Origin: a virus
IMG/VR virus record: IMGVR_UViG_3300046007_014300
Span: 5,292 to 69,291 of that record
Direction: 5' to 3' (one strand)
DNA length: 64,000 bases
Shown here piece after piece: positions 19,517 through 29,800 of this stretch. Made by a program: the position numbers and the translations under genes. The notes below the pieces were generated by a model. It had not been told where the DNA came from and did no database searches. It was given only the letters and a program-made list of their open reading frames with translations. The number at the start of each line of letters is the position of its first letter. Position 1 is the first letter of the stretch.

Positions 19517-20839
19517 GTGAGCGAGGAATGGAGGTTTGACCGTGGCGCCATTAGCCCCAACTGGGAGAAAACCCCAGATGGGTTCTTGCGTGTCCGTGGA
19601 ACCTTCAGCCGCGTCGGTTGTCTCTCCTACAAGCGAGCGGACGGCAGCACCCAGGTCGAATATCGCCCGGAAGAAGAGGTTGCTCATCGCGACTCAATTC
19701 TTTCGCTTGGGGGATTGCCCGTCACCCATGAGCATCCCCCAGAGCTGCTGACCCCTGCCAACACTCGGCAGTATCAACGCGGATCGACTGGAACCGAAGT
19801 CAAGTACGACAACGGTTTTGTCAAAGGCGTCGTCATCCTCACAGACGCCGAACTCATCGCCGCCGTTGAACGCGGCGATGCCAGGGAATTGTCGATTGGC
19901 TATCGCGTTCAGATCGATCGCACACCAGGGGTTACGGCCACAGGTGAGCAATACGACGCGATCCAGCGACGCATCGTGGGAAACCATTTGGCGGTGACCA
20001 GGGAAGGCCGATCTGGGTCTGAGGTCCGCTTGCACATGGATTCCGCATTCTCGATCGATCCACCACCCCCCTCTCCGCCATCACCCCCCCCCTTGGAGGC
20101 CCATGAAATGACCACGGCTGTTGCAGCACTGTCCAGCGCCACCGCGACCTTGGCCACCGCCCTGGCGGGCCAAAGCCGCTCGGATGGCAAGCAACGCTCC
20201 ATGCCCATCCAGGAAATGGCGATGGATCCTGAAGATGACCCCGACGGCGACCCCGAGGAAACCTCTGACGAGGAGGGCATGGAACCCGACGAAATGCAAA
20301 AGCCCAAAAAGCCGATGGCCAGGCGTCGCCGTAGTGACAGCGTGGTGTCACGGCAGGAATACGAGCGGGTGGTGACCGCGCTGGCTGACAGCGAGCGGGC
20401 ACACCAGACGGATCTCGGCCGGATGGATGCGATCAGCGAACGGCTCGCCGAACTGGAAGCAGATCTGGACACCAGGCTCGATTCCAGCGAGATCGATCTC
20501 GATGCGCTGGTCACCGAAAAGCTGGAGCTGCTGGAGCGGGCCAATGAATTGGCCGGTGAACGAATCGACCATTCCGGCCTATCGCCGCGACAACTGCAAC
20601 TGGAAGCAATGCAGAAATCGGGTGTGGCGATCGAGCGCTTCGATAGTAAATCCGACGAATACGTGGCCGCGGCATTCGACACCTACTGCGATGCCAACAC
20701 CAGCCCCAACCGCCTGGACCACTCATCCGCTCTGGAGCTCCTGCTTGGCAAAACTTCGGGAGAGACCACTTCGGATCCCCGCGAAGGATATAAACAACGG
20801 CTTGAAAGTGCTTCTCGACAACCGTTGGCCAGCAACTGA
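19517..20839 (+). CDS. DUF2213 protein (putative prohead protease + scaffold)
   Basis: TPDGFL, PVTHEHP, ELSIGY, NHLAVTREGRSG; acidic coiled-coil C-terminal half; upstream of capsid genes. Confidence 0.88.
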   Translation: MSEEWRFDRGAISPNWEKTPDGFLRVRGTFSRVGCLSYKRADGSTQVEYRPEEEVAHRDSILSLGGLPVTHEHPPELLTPANTRQYQRGSTGTEVKYDNGFVKGVVILTDAELIAAVERGDARELSIGYRVQIDRTPGVTATGEQYDAIQRRIVGNHLAVTREGRSGSEVRLHMDSAFSIDPPPPSPPSPPPLEAHEMTTAVAALSSATATLATALAGQSRSDGKQRSMPIQEMAMDPEDDPDGDPEETSDEEGMEPDEMQKPKKPMARRRRSDSVVSRQEYERVVTALADSERAHQTDLGRMDAISERLAELEADLDTRLDSSEIDLDALVTEKLELLERANELAGERIDHSGLSPRQLQLEAMQKSGVAIERFDSKSDEYVAAAFDTYCDANTSPNRLDHSSALELLLGKTSGETTSDPREGYKQRLESASRQPLASN

Positions 20840-20875
20840 CAAATCTTTAGTTATCTGTCCTCTCGCTAACTGACC

Positions 20876-21433
20876 ATGGCCTTGATCGTTACTCCAAATG
20901 CAAGCTCCGTTGATGACGGGGCCCAGATTGCGTACCCTCTGGCTGCCGATCGCGGCCTCCCGGGCCAAATCGCCGACCTAACTGAGGCGGCGATTCGTGC
21001 GGGGCACAATGAAACTGCAGCCCGGATTCCGTTTGGGATTCCGGTGAGGCTGAACGGTTCTGGACTTCTCAACAACAGCTGTACTCCCCTCACGGCCGCC
21101 GGCGCCATATTGGGGCTCACTGCCCGGACTGCAGTCGCCGAACGCGATGGCCCCTCCGGTGCCTACGCCGATGGCATCCCGATTGGTGCCGCCGTCAACA
21201 TCCTCACCCGCGGGCCCATCTACCTGGAGGTGATTGAAGCCGTGGCAGTGACCGACAGCCTGCGCTACTTCAAGTCAGGTCCGAATGCCGGGAAGTGGGG
21301 CAAGACAGCATCCGCTGGCAATTCGCTGCTCCTGACCGCTGGTAACTGGGCGATTCGCAAGGCCGGCGCCGTAGGGACCGTCCTGCTTCTGGAAATCAAC
21401 ACCCCAGCGGCAATGAGTTTCACAGCCGACTGA
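20876..21433 (+). CDS. Capsid decoration/cement protein
   Basis: PGQIAD, IPFGIPV, VNILTRGPIY motifs; between DUF2213 and capsid. Confidence 0.7.
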   Translation: MALIVTPNASSVDDGAQIAYPLAADRGLPGQIADLTEAAIRAGHNETAARIPFGIPVRLNGSGLLNNSCTPLTAAGAILGLTARTAVAERDGPSGAYADGIPIGAAVNILTRGPIYLEVIEAVAVTDSLRYFKSGPNAGKWGKTASAGNSLLLTAGNWAIRKAGAVGTVLLLEINTPAAMSFTAD

Positions 21434-21468
21434 TCACCGTTCAAGCCCAAACCTCGCCAATCATCACC

Positions 21469-22401
21469 ATGGCCATTCGCAACGACGCCCAGGCCGCAGC
21501 TGGAGCTTTTCTGCAACAAGAACTGCGGCACAAACTTGCTAAAGCCTATGAAAAAGAATACCCCGAGATTGTTTATAGCAAAATCTTGCCTGTCAGCTTT
21601 GAGGTTCCGGAAGGAGCGGAAACTTATACTTACGATCTATGGGATCGTGTCGGTGAGATGGATCTCATCAGCGACAGCGGTGATGATCTGCCCACCTCAG
21701 ATGTTAAACGAGGTGAGGTGATTAACCCGATCCGCCAGTATGGCACTTCTTTTAGATACACTACCGAAGAGATCCGGAAGGCTCAATTTGCTGGTATAAG
21801 CTTGGATCAGCGTAAGGCTGATGCCGCTCGATCGGCGTATGAAGAGCGTGCCAATCGAGTTGCCCTTTTTGGACAAGCCGGCACCGGTCTTAAAGGGTTC
21901 TTTAACCATCCAGCCGTAGACAGGCTGGTGATCACCGGCAGTGCCACCGACGGGTGGTTTGATGCCGCAAACATCACCCCTGACCAAATGGTTGCAATCT
22001 TAAATGAACCAGTAACCTATCAAGGTAACGTGTCGAACCAGGTGGAAGCCGCAGACACCTTGTTGTTGCCTTATACCGACCATCGCAAGGTGGCTACCAC
22101 CAAGATGGGGACGTACGATTCCATGACCGTCCTTGACTTTTTCTTGAAATGTAACCCGCAAATCAAGCGGGTTATGGCAATCAACGAGTTGGACCCAAGC
22201 AAATCGTTCGGCAATCTCAGCGCAAAGCGGATGGTGCTATACAAATATTCCGAAGAAAAAGTGAAATTCATGATTTCCATGGCTCTTAAGTTTTTGCCGC
22301 CCCAGCCCGTAAATCTGGCCTTCAAGGTGCCAGCCGAAGCCAAATTTGCCGGCGTTGCTGCTTTCTTCCCCAAATCGATTACCTACGTCGATAAAGGCTG
22401 A
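21469..22401 (+). CDS. Major capsid protein (DUF2184-type, HK97 fold)
   Basis: 310 aa; FLQQEL, AYEKEYPE, DDLP, NRVALFG..GLKGFFNHP, C-terminal PKSITYVD. Confidence 0.88.
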   Translation: MAIRNDAQAAAGAFLQQELRHKLAKAYEKEYPEIVYSKILPVSFEVPEGAETYTYDLWDRVGEMDLISDSGDDLPTSDVKRGEVINPIRQYGTSFRYTTEEIRKAQFAGISLDQRKADAARSAYEERANRVALFGQAGTGLKGFFNHPAVDRLVITGSATDGWFDAANITPDQMVAILNEPVTYQGNVSNQVEAADTLLLPYTDHRKVATTKMGTYDSMTVLDFFLKCNPQIKRVMAINELDPSKSFGNLSAKRMVLYKYSEEKVKFMISMALKFLPPQPVNLAFKVPAEAKFAGVAAFFPKSITYVDKG

Positions 22402-22443
22402 TCAGCTTAATTCAGGCTCACATACCCAATTACCTCCCGTTTT

Positions 22444-22986
22444 ATGGCTGCTACTGCAACTGCTCCCGCTCCAGCTTCTACCAAGCCTGAGGTTGATTCC
22501 GCTACGGCGCCGGACCCTGCCATGACCGCAGCCCCTGCCGCTGCTGTTGAGGCTGGGGCCCCGGCCCACCGCCGTCTGGCCATCGCCTACACCCCTGAGG
22601 TGGTCGAGGCGCAGACGGCTGCGATCCCCGCTGGCGACTTTGTCGTCTGTTGGGTGGGCCAAGAAGAGCGCCTCATCCTCAAACCCGGGCTGAATTTCGA
22701 CATTGATCCTGGGTTGTGGGAAAAAGCCAAGGAGCGCGCCAGCGTCCAAGAACTGTTGGGTCAGCGGGCGATTGAAGAAATTGACCTGGGCGGCCCGACC
22801 GTTAACGACACACCCGCCTTTGGCGTCACGGTGATCAAAACGTGCGACCAGCCCACGGCACTGCGCTTGGTGCATGTGTCGCGTGATGCCAAGCAGCTGG
22901 AAGGCTGGCTGGCCATGGAAGAGCGCACGCCGGTGCGCAACAACATCGCCAACAAGCTCAAGCAGCTCAAGGACGGGAAGAGCTGA
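22444..22986 (+). CDS. Hypothetical head-associated protein
   Basis: 180 aa, LKPGLN motif, directly after capsid. Confidence 0.65.
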   Translation: MAATATAPAPASTKPEVDSATAPDPAMTAAPAAAVEAGAPAHRRLAIAYTPEVVEAQTAAIPAGDFVVCWVGQEERLILKPGLNFDIDPGLWEKAKERASVQELLGQRAIEEIDLGGPTVNDTPAFGVTVIKTCDQPTALRLVHVSRDAKQLEGWLAMEERTPVRNNIANKLKQLKDGKS

Positions 22987-22988
22987 TC

Positions 22989-23297
22989 ATGGCGGTCCCG
23001 ACCCTGGAGGCATTCCTGGAGAGATTCCCGGAGCTGGTCATTCACCCGGTGCCGGTGATTGAAGATGCCCTGCTGGTGTCGGGAAAACTGTGTGCTGCGG
23101 AAATTTGGGGCGACCTGCACGACAGCGGTGTGGGCTACTACGCAGCCCATCTGCTTGATCTGCGCAACCGCGAGATCGGCGCCATGGTCGGCCAGGCCGT
23201 CACGGGCATCTCTGGCACAGGGGTGAACGCCACCTTCTACGGCCAGCAATACGAAGCACTGCGCTCCACGCTGCCCACCGTGGGGATGGTTTTCTGA
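22989..23297 (+). CDS. Head-tail connector (DUF4054-like)
   Basis: FLERFPEL, YYAAHLL, TFYGQQY. Confidence 0.8.
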   Translation: MAVPTLEAFLERFPELVIHPVPVIEDALLVSGKLCAAEIWGDLHDSGVGYYAAHLLDLRNREIGAMVGQAVTGISGTGVNATFYGQQYEALRSTLPTVGMVF

Positions 23298-23695
23298 TGT
23301 CCATTCCGTCGCTGCCGAATTCGAACTACGGCACCCACGCCAATGCTGTCCTGACATTTGCGGTGAGCGGCCTGGCCACGGTGGACGACCCGGAGACGGG
23401 CAATCCGGTGCCCCGGCCGGAAACGCTCACCTACACCGCAGCGCTGCGCATCGCACGGCCCGACTGGAAGGGCCAGCCGGGGATCGACATGACCGACTAC
23501 AACTGCTCGGGCCGGCTGCTGGAGCCCCCCACCCTGGATCCACGGCTCACCAGTGGCTCCCAGGCAGAGGCCACCATCAATGGCTACAGCGGCACCTTTG
23601 AGCTGCGGCCGGACATCGGCATCAATCGGGTGGCCCTACCTGCCATCCGCCAAGCGATCCAGGGCAAATTCACCATCGTCGGAGGCAGCCGCTGA
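23297..23695 (+). CDS. Putative head-closure/neck protein
   Basis: Position and TGATG coupling in neck cluster. Confidence 0.6.
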   Translation: MSIPSLPNSNYGTHANAVLTFAVSGLATVDDPETGNPVPRPETLTYTAALRIARPDWKGQPGIDMTDYNCSGRLLEPPTLDPRLTSGSQAEATINGYSGTFELRPDIGINRVALPAIRQAIQGKFTIVGGSR

Positions 23696-24123
23696 TGCCA
23701 ATGGTCGACCTGCGGATCAATAGTGCGATCGATGAGACCTTCGCCGACTTTGCGGCCTACCTGGCCCGGCGTTTTACGGCCGAAATCCGGGAGGACAAAT
23801 GGAACTGGCCCACCGATCCCTCCCCCCGGGACATCGTGGACACCGGCAACCTCGCCAAATCGCTACGGGTGGTCGGTCCCGAAACTGTTGATAGCCGCAT
23901 AGAGATTCGTTTTGAGTGGGCAGCTCCTTATGCGGCTCCAGTCCATGACGGTGCGGTGTTCAAGCGCACCGGCAGCAACGGGCAGGCCCTGACGATGCCG
24001 GCCCGGCCCTGGACCCGGCCGGTGCTTTATGACCGGATCACCCTCCAGGAGTACTTCGAGCGGCGTTTTGCGTTGGCCATGCAGCGCCAGGGCGATGGGG
24101 AAGAGCCTGAGGAGGTGGCATGA
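23695..24123 (+). CDS. Tail completion protein (HK97 gp10-like)
   Basis: VDTGNLAKS, YAAPVHDG, MPARPW motifs. Confidence 0.75.
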   Translation: MPMVDLRINSAIDETFADFAAYLARRFTAEIREDKWNWPTDPSPRDIVDTGNLAKSLRVVGPETVDSRIEIRFEWAAPYAAPVHDGAVFKRTGSNGQALTMPARPWTRPVLYDRITLQEYFERRFALAMQRQGDGEEPEEVA

Positions 24124-24557
24124 GCGACCAGCTGGTCGAACGTGGCGCCAACCTGCTCCAGATCCGAGAGCAGCTGCTGGATCTCTTCGGCGCCCAGCTG
24201 GGCGTCTACATCCTGCCCTCTGGGGCGACCAAGCCGGCCTTTTGGATCACCGGCGGCGGCAAGGGGCAGCATCGGGTGCCACCGGATTGGCGGATCCGCG
24301 GCATCGAGGCCGTTCTGCAGCGCCGCCCCGTTCGGCAGCCGCTCGGCGGCATCGGCACGATCATCGCCAACCGCATCTGGTCGTTGACATTTGTGTGTTA
24401 CGACTCAACCCAAACCCTGGATGAAATCGACCTGTTGATCCTCCGGGCCTTCCCGGATGCGCTACGGCGCCCCCGTGCTGCCACCGACGACACCTACGAG
24501 CAGCTGAATGTAGAGCTGCCGGATGTCGTTACTATTCAACCAATTCAACTCACTTAG
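24120..24557 (+). CDS. Putative tail terminator
   Basis: Position immediately before the major tail gene; ATGA overlap. Confidence 0.55.
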   Translation: MSDQLVERGANLLQIREQLLDLFGAQLGVYILPSGATKPAFWITGGGKGQHRVPPDWRIRGIEAVLQRRPVRQPLGGIGTIIANRIWSLTFVCYDSTQTLDEIDLLILRAFPDALRRPRAATDDTYEQLNVELPDVVTIQPIQLT

Positions 24558-24571
24558 ATCCCTCCCCCACA

Positions 24572-25582
24572 ATGTCTGAAATTGCAATCGGCGCCAGCAT
24601 CCACAAAGCAACCCGCAGTCTGGTACGGGTGGTTCCCTTAACCCTGCCCAATCGTTTATATGCAACCAGGGATAGCGCAGGCTTGATCACCCTGCCAACC
24701 CTGCCTACAGGACAGGGCTACGTCAATATGCCAGGTGTCACTAAACTTTCCTTCCAAATTGACGACAGAGAAGAAGAGTTCAACCTATTTGGCGATAATG
24801 GCTGGGTAGATTCTGTGACAGTAGGCTCAAGAGTCACCGGTTCAGGTGAGGTATTTTTTATGCGCAACATCGAAGTCTCAGCAGCTTCGGCGCCAGTATT
24901 CCAGGGCGACTACTCCGAAGACTTTGCCATAATTGAACGGTCGCGCTACGACAAAGATTTTGAGGTTTATATTGAATTTCTCAAGGAAATGGGCCGCGCT
25001 CAAGGTACAAGCGGTGATTTTGTTTATGATTATGCTGGATTTAACGGCGTATTTAGGGGATACAACGATCCCAATGCCAGCAACGCCGGCCTTACCAAAA
25101 TTAGTTTTAATCTGATGAGCCGCAGCGAGGCAGTAATTGGCCGTTACATTTCCGGCCCAACCCCTCTGCCAATTGGAGAAATCCAATCCACCCAGCTGGC
25201 GACGGCGCCGAGCTCGGGCACCCGTCGCTGGGCCACATCCCCGGTAGACAACGCATCGGCCGTGGCGGTCTCGGCCGCGATCACCGTCACCTACACCAGC
25301 GATGGCACCGCTGCCCTGACGCAGCTGGCCCTACCCCCGACCGGTGGCGGTGGCTTCCGCCTGGAAAATGCCTCCTCAGGCGTCCAGATCTTGGCGGGGG
25401 TGGCGCTGGCAAACAACGTGGTGACGATCACCCCGGCCGCTTCCCTGCCGGCGGCCACAATCCTGCGGCTGCGGGTGGCCGATGGCGCCATCCAGCAGTC
25501 GGTGGACGCCTCCAACAACGCATCGGCCAACGGTGTGCGCAAGCCCCTGCAGGGCTTTGCCACCACCTTCCGGACTGCATGA
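24572..25582 (+). CDS. Major tail tube protein with C-terminal Ig-like domain
   Basis: Position; C-terminal TSPVDNASAV...VVTITPAASL...FRTA resembles an Ig-like domain. Confidence 0.72.
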   Translation: MSEIAIGASIHKATRSLVRVVPLTLPNRLYATRDSAGLITLPTLPTGQGYVNMPGVTKLSFQIDDREEEFNLFGDNGWVDSVTVGSRVTGSGEVFFMRNIEVSAASAPVFQGDYSEDFAIIERSRYDKDFEVYIEFLKEMGRAQGTSGDFVYDYAGFNGVFRGYNDPNASNAGLTKISFNLMSRSEAVIGRYISGPTPLPIGEIQSTQLATAPSSGTRRWATSPVDNASAVAVSAAITVTYTSDGTAALTQLALPPTGGGGFRLENASSGVQILAGVALANNVVTITPAASLPAATILRLRVADGAIQQSVDASNNASANGVRKPLQGFATTFRTA

Positions 25583-25607
25583 ACCTGATCGCCAGCCGGG
25601 GCCCTCG

Positions 25608-25868
25608 ATGAATGACCCCGGCTTCTACCCCCTACTTGCGGCAGGAGACGGCTCCTGCCATTTGATTCACTGCGAAGTGACCTGCAACCGCATGGAGGTG
25701 GCCGTGATGATCATCGAGCCATCGTTTGGCGATGAATGGGCCCAGGTGACATCGGAGGCGGACTACGGGGGCGATCGTTGCGCCGTAAAGCTGCCATCAG
25801 CCTGCGTGAATGCAAGCGAAAGACTTAAGATCTATAACGCAAGCCTTCCCTACAAAACGCTCGAATGA
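25608..25868 (+). CDS. Hypothetical protein
   Basis: ATG at 25608, ATGA overlap with chaperone gene. Confidence 0.5.
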   Translation: MNDPGFYPLLAAGDGSCHLIHCEVTCNRMEVAVMIIEPSFGDEWAQVTSEADYGGDRCAVKLPSACVNASERLKIYNASLPYKTLE

Positions 25869-26458
25869 CGACCAAGGCAAGGGATGCAGTCTTTGCATCA
25901 TTTGAAGAACAATTTGTTGAATTTGGCCCCATTCGATTGCGGCAATACAGCGATTTGCTAGGTGGAGAGATTGAGGAATATGACCGGCAGCAACGGGAAT
26001 CGGCCCAGTTGATGCTGCAGGTGAGTGAGATTGCTCGAACCATTGGCGAGCACCCGGATTCTGGGATGGATGCCGATCAGGCCTTCGCTCTGCTGAGCAG
26101 CCCTCAAACCGATGCCGCTCTCAAGATCTCCGTGGCCATGAAATGGGGCCCCCCGGGCGGCTTCGGGGGCGTTGCGGCCTTGTTGCCTGCAAAGGAGGAG
26201 CAGCACACCAGGATGATCACCCTGGCGGTGCTCAGCCGCGGCTCCGCCCAGGTGGATGGCGAATGGTTGCCCCTGCGGGAAGGCTGGAGCGACGCAGACT
26301 CCCGGGCGCTGCCGGGCAAACTCCGCACCGCCATCATCAATTTCATGGTGCAGGAAGGCAAGGGCGGGCCCCAGCCGGCAGCAGCGGGGGAGGCGGGGGG
26401 CGCCGGGGGGGGAAAGCCCCAGGGGGCGCCAGAAAGCAAACCATCCACGAACAAATAG
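25865..26458 (+). CDS. Tail assembly chaperone (lambda gpG equivalent)
   Basis: Between tail tube and tape measure; contains in-frame G GGA AAG. Confidence 0.8.
   Translation: MTTKARDAVFASFEEQFVEFGPIRLRQYSDLLGGEIEEYDRQQRESAQLMLQVSEIARTIGEHPDSGMDADQAFALLSSPQTDAALKISVAMKWGPPGGFGGVAALLPAKEEQHTRMITLAVLSRGSAQVDGEWLPLREGWSDADSRALPGKLRTAIINFMVQEGKGGPQPAAAGEAGGAGGGKPQGAPESKPSTNK
26410..26416 (+). promoter_or_regulatory. -1 programmed ribosomal frameshift site GGGAAAG
   Basis: Same heptamer as lambda G/T, read G GGA AAG in the gpG frame; the -1 frame is open to 26880. Confidence 0.85.
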
Positions 26459-26880
26459 CAAACCTACGGGCGTTTCTAGAGCGAAAACCAACCGATTGGA
26501 ATAGCATCTACTTTCGCCTGGCCAGTTCTGATCTGCATGATCCCCGCTTTCATGCAGATCAATTCCATTTGCAACCAGTCGGCCACATTTTTAAGGCGAT
26601 CGAATGGCTCAATGAGCATGACCAGCAGAAGGCCAACATCCTTTCCCACACCACGGCCCGGCTGGCGGCGATCGTTCTGGCGATTGGATCCCAGGGCACG
26701 GCCAAAAGCGACCACACCGAATTCCTGCCTTTCTTGGCGCCACTCCCTGGAGGCAAGCCCAACATCAAGCCAGCCGTGATCGCCACCATCGAGGGGTTGA
26801 TTCGCGCCAGGCGTCTGCCCATGGCCATTGTCGCCCTGCTGGCGGAGGACATTCGCTCGACCATGAAACCGGCAGAATGA
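26414..26880 (+). CDS. Tail assembly chaperone, frameshifted portion (gpT equivalent)
   Basis: -1 frame relative to the 25865 ORF; protein-like sequence begins right after the slippery site. Confidence 0.8.
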
Positions 26881-26899
26881 CCAATAGGCAATTGGTTCT

Positions 26900-29800
26900 T
26901 TGGCAGCAGGAGGGGAGGTCGATCTTGGTGCTGCCGTACTGCGGCTCTATGGCGATCGCAGCGAGCTGGACAAAGAACTGGAGAAGCTGCGTCGATATAC
27001 CGAACAATTAGAAAAGCAGGGCATCAAGGTCAAATTTGACGCCGAAACCGGCAACGCCACCCGCGAGGTGAACACCCTCCAGCAGAAGCTGGTGGGTCTG
27101 CGCAGCACGCTGGAGGCCGTGAGCCGGGGCATGGAGGGAGATGCGTCGGCCTGGGAGAGCCTTGCCGACATGCTCACCAAGGCGGGCAAGAGCGCCGATG
27201 GCGGCTCTGGCGGCATCTCCAAAATGGCCGGGGGCCTGGCAAGCCTCAGCCGGGCGGCCGGGGTGGCGCTGCCAATCCTGGGTCAGATCGGCCTGGCAGG
27301 GATGGGGTTGCAGACGATCTTCAACGCTGTGGCCGCGGCCGTTGGCTCAATCACCGGGCCCCTGCAAGCCCTGTCCCAGCAGACGGGCGAATTCAACAAA
27401 CAGGTTGCTGAGGCCAGCATCTTCACTTCACAGGCCTTTGCCGTGATCGGCCCAGACGGCAAAGCCATTGAGGGGACCTCAAACCAGATGCGGGCCCTGC
27501 GCGGCCGGATCACAGGCGAATTCAAGGAAATCCAAAAGGAAGTGGCGATGATTTCGGGCGCCACATCCAGCCAGGTGTACGACGCATTTAATATCATCAG
27601 CCAGAACAACTCTGGCCTGGGGAAGCAGGGAGAAAACCTTAGCAATGTCACCAAGCTTTCGACCCGCATCGCTGCGGCAATGGCGACGCTCAACATCCCT
27701 GGTTATCAGTTGCGGGGAGAGGCCAGCAGCCTGCTGAGCGGCAATGTTCAACCTGGTGATGAGCTGGCGATGAAGCTTTATGGCCAGGGTGCCGGCGAGC
27801 GGATCCGCACCTTGCAAGCAGAAGGCAAATACTATGACGACTTGATGGATAAGCTAAATAAGCTATATGACGGTCAGAAAGTATTAGCGGCATCGCTGGA
27901 GAACACGCTAAGCAATTTTCAAGATGTGATGCAGTCAATAAATACCAGTGGAGGCCAGGGGTTTGAGCGTGGGTCAGCCCGTGCATTACAGGCAATTTTG
28001 ACGCCGCTGACGGAATTAAAAGACAGCTTTGGCGACATGATGCGATCCATAGGCGAAGGCCTGGAGCCAGTCATCGTGTTGGCGGGGCAGCTTGCAGGCG
28101 CATTGGTGCCGGTGTTATCAGTTGGCGCCTCAATTATTCAAATTATTAGCGACATCACAGCTCTGGTTGGGAACTTTGCCGGTGCCATACTTACGCCAAT
28201 TATTCAGTTTGTAACGGCAGGACTTACCACAATTGCCAAGACGTTTCAGCTATTGGCGTCGCTGGTATCGACAATGCTGCGGCCAATCACGCTGTTTTTC
28301 CGGTTGATTGGCCAGCAGGGGGGAGACTATAGCGATAACGCCTTCGACAAAATCAACGACACCTTGGATAGCCTGATAGCGAAAAGCGACAGGCTGGGTG
28401 CAGTTATCTCGAAACCCTTTATTGAAGCCGCTAAGGCTGCCGCCTGGCTGGAGGGCAAGGCCCGAGGGCTAAGCGACAAGGAAATCATGGCGCGGCAAGC
28501 CGATATTGCCGCCGAATTTGCCGACAAAATCGGCACCAACGACAAGATCAGCCTGCGCAGCATCAATGTCTCGCCGCTGGCCAAGCAGATGCAGCAGGAG
28601 GCGGAGAAGCGCTACGCCGGGGCGATTCCAGAAGAGAAGCAGCTGGCCAAGACCAGAGAGCTGGCCGACATCAAGGAGAAGATCTACAACAACGAGATCA
28701 CCGCCCTCAACCAGGGGCTGGCCCTGCTGCAGGCCCAGCGGGCCGTGCAGGAAAAGCTGTTTGGCTTGGCCGATGCTCGGCGCGGGCTGGAAACGCAACG
28801 GGCTCAGTTTCAGGTGTCGGTGGCGGCATCCCCCGAAGCCCGAGCCCAGGCCGAAGACCGCCGCAATCAACTGGCCAACACCCAGGAGCAGCAACGGATT
28901 CGTGAGCGGGTCACCGCCTTGCAGTCGGAGAAGGCAATCCAGCAGCAGCAGCTGGAGATCAGCATCCGCCAGGCGGCCATCCAGCAGCAACAGCTGACCA
29001 TCCAGCGGGCCGAAATCGACGTGCAGCGGCTCAAAACCCGGCTGGCGATGGAGGAGTTCTATCAAAAAGCCCAAAACGCTGCTCCCAACTCTGCTGAGCA
29101 GAAGTCTTTGCTTGCCAACTACCAAGTACAGAAGGACATTCTCAACATCTATCGCCAGCAGCTGGAAGCGGCCGATCGCGCCGTGGCCCTATCCGCCGAA
29201 GGCGCCACCAACCTGCGCCGCACCGGCGCCCTGCAGCAGCAAAGCCTCGACATCCAGCAGCGGGCCCTGGGCGTCCAGGTCGAAGCGGCCAACCTCTCGT
29301 TGGCCCAGCAGCGGGTGTTGACCCGGCTGAACGAACAGGAGCAGGCGATCAAAAACAATCTTGCCGAACGCACCCAGGTGGAAACACGGTTGCAAAACGG
29401 CCGCCAGCAGGAGATCGCCATTCTCGAGCGCCAGCGCAATGCCCAGGAGAAGCTGCAGGCGATCGAAAAAAGCCGTACCGACCTGACCAAGGCCCGCCTC
29501 GATGCCAATGCGCAGGATGCCGAGCGCATGCTGTCGCTGGCCCGGGCCCAGGCCGATGCCCGCAACAACCCCACATCGGTGTCGGCGGTGATCGGCGCCC
29601 AGATCGAGGCCCTGGCACTCGGCCGCACCGGGCTGGTGAGCGAAGCCGATGCTGTCCGGGAGCTCTACAACGCCAAGGCCCGGCAGTTGAACCTGGAGCA
29701 ATCGGTTGCCCGCCAGCAGCTGGAGTTTCAGCAGAAGCGGGAGGCCTCCGAGCAGCGGATCGCCCTGCTGCGCCTCCAGGTGGAGCGCACCAGCCAGAAC

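Noticed and set aside
21469-22401. Encapsulin nanocompartment
   Set aside because: The gene is embedded in a complete head-tail cluster with portal and terminase, so it is a phage capsid.
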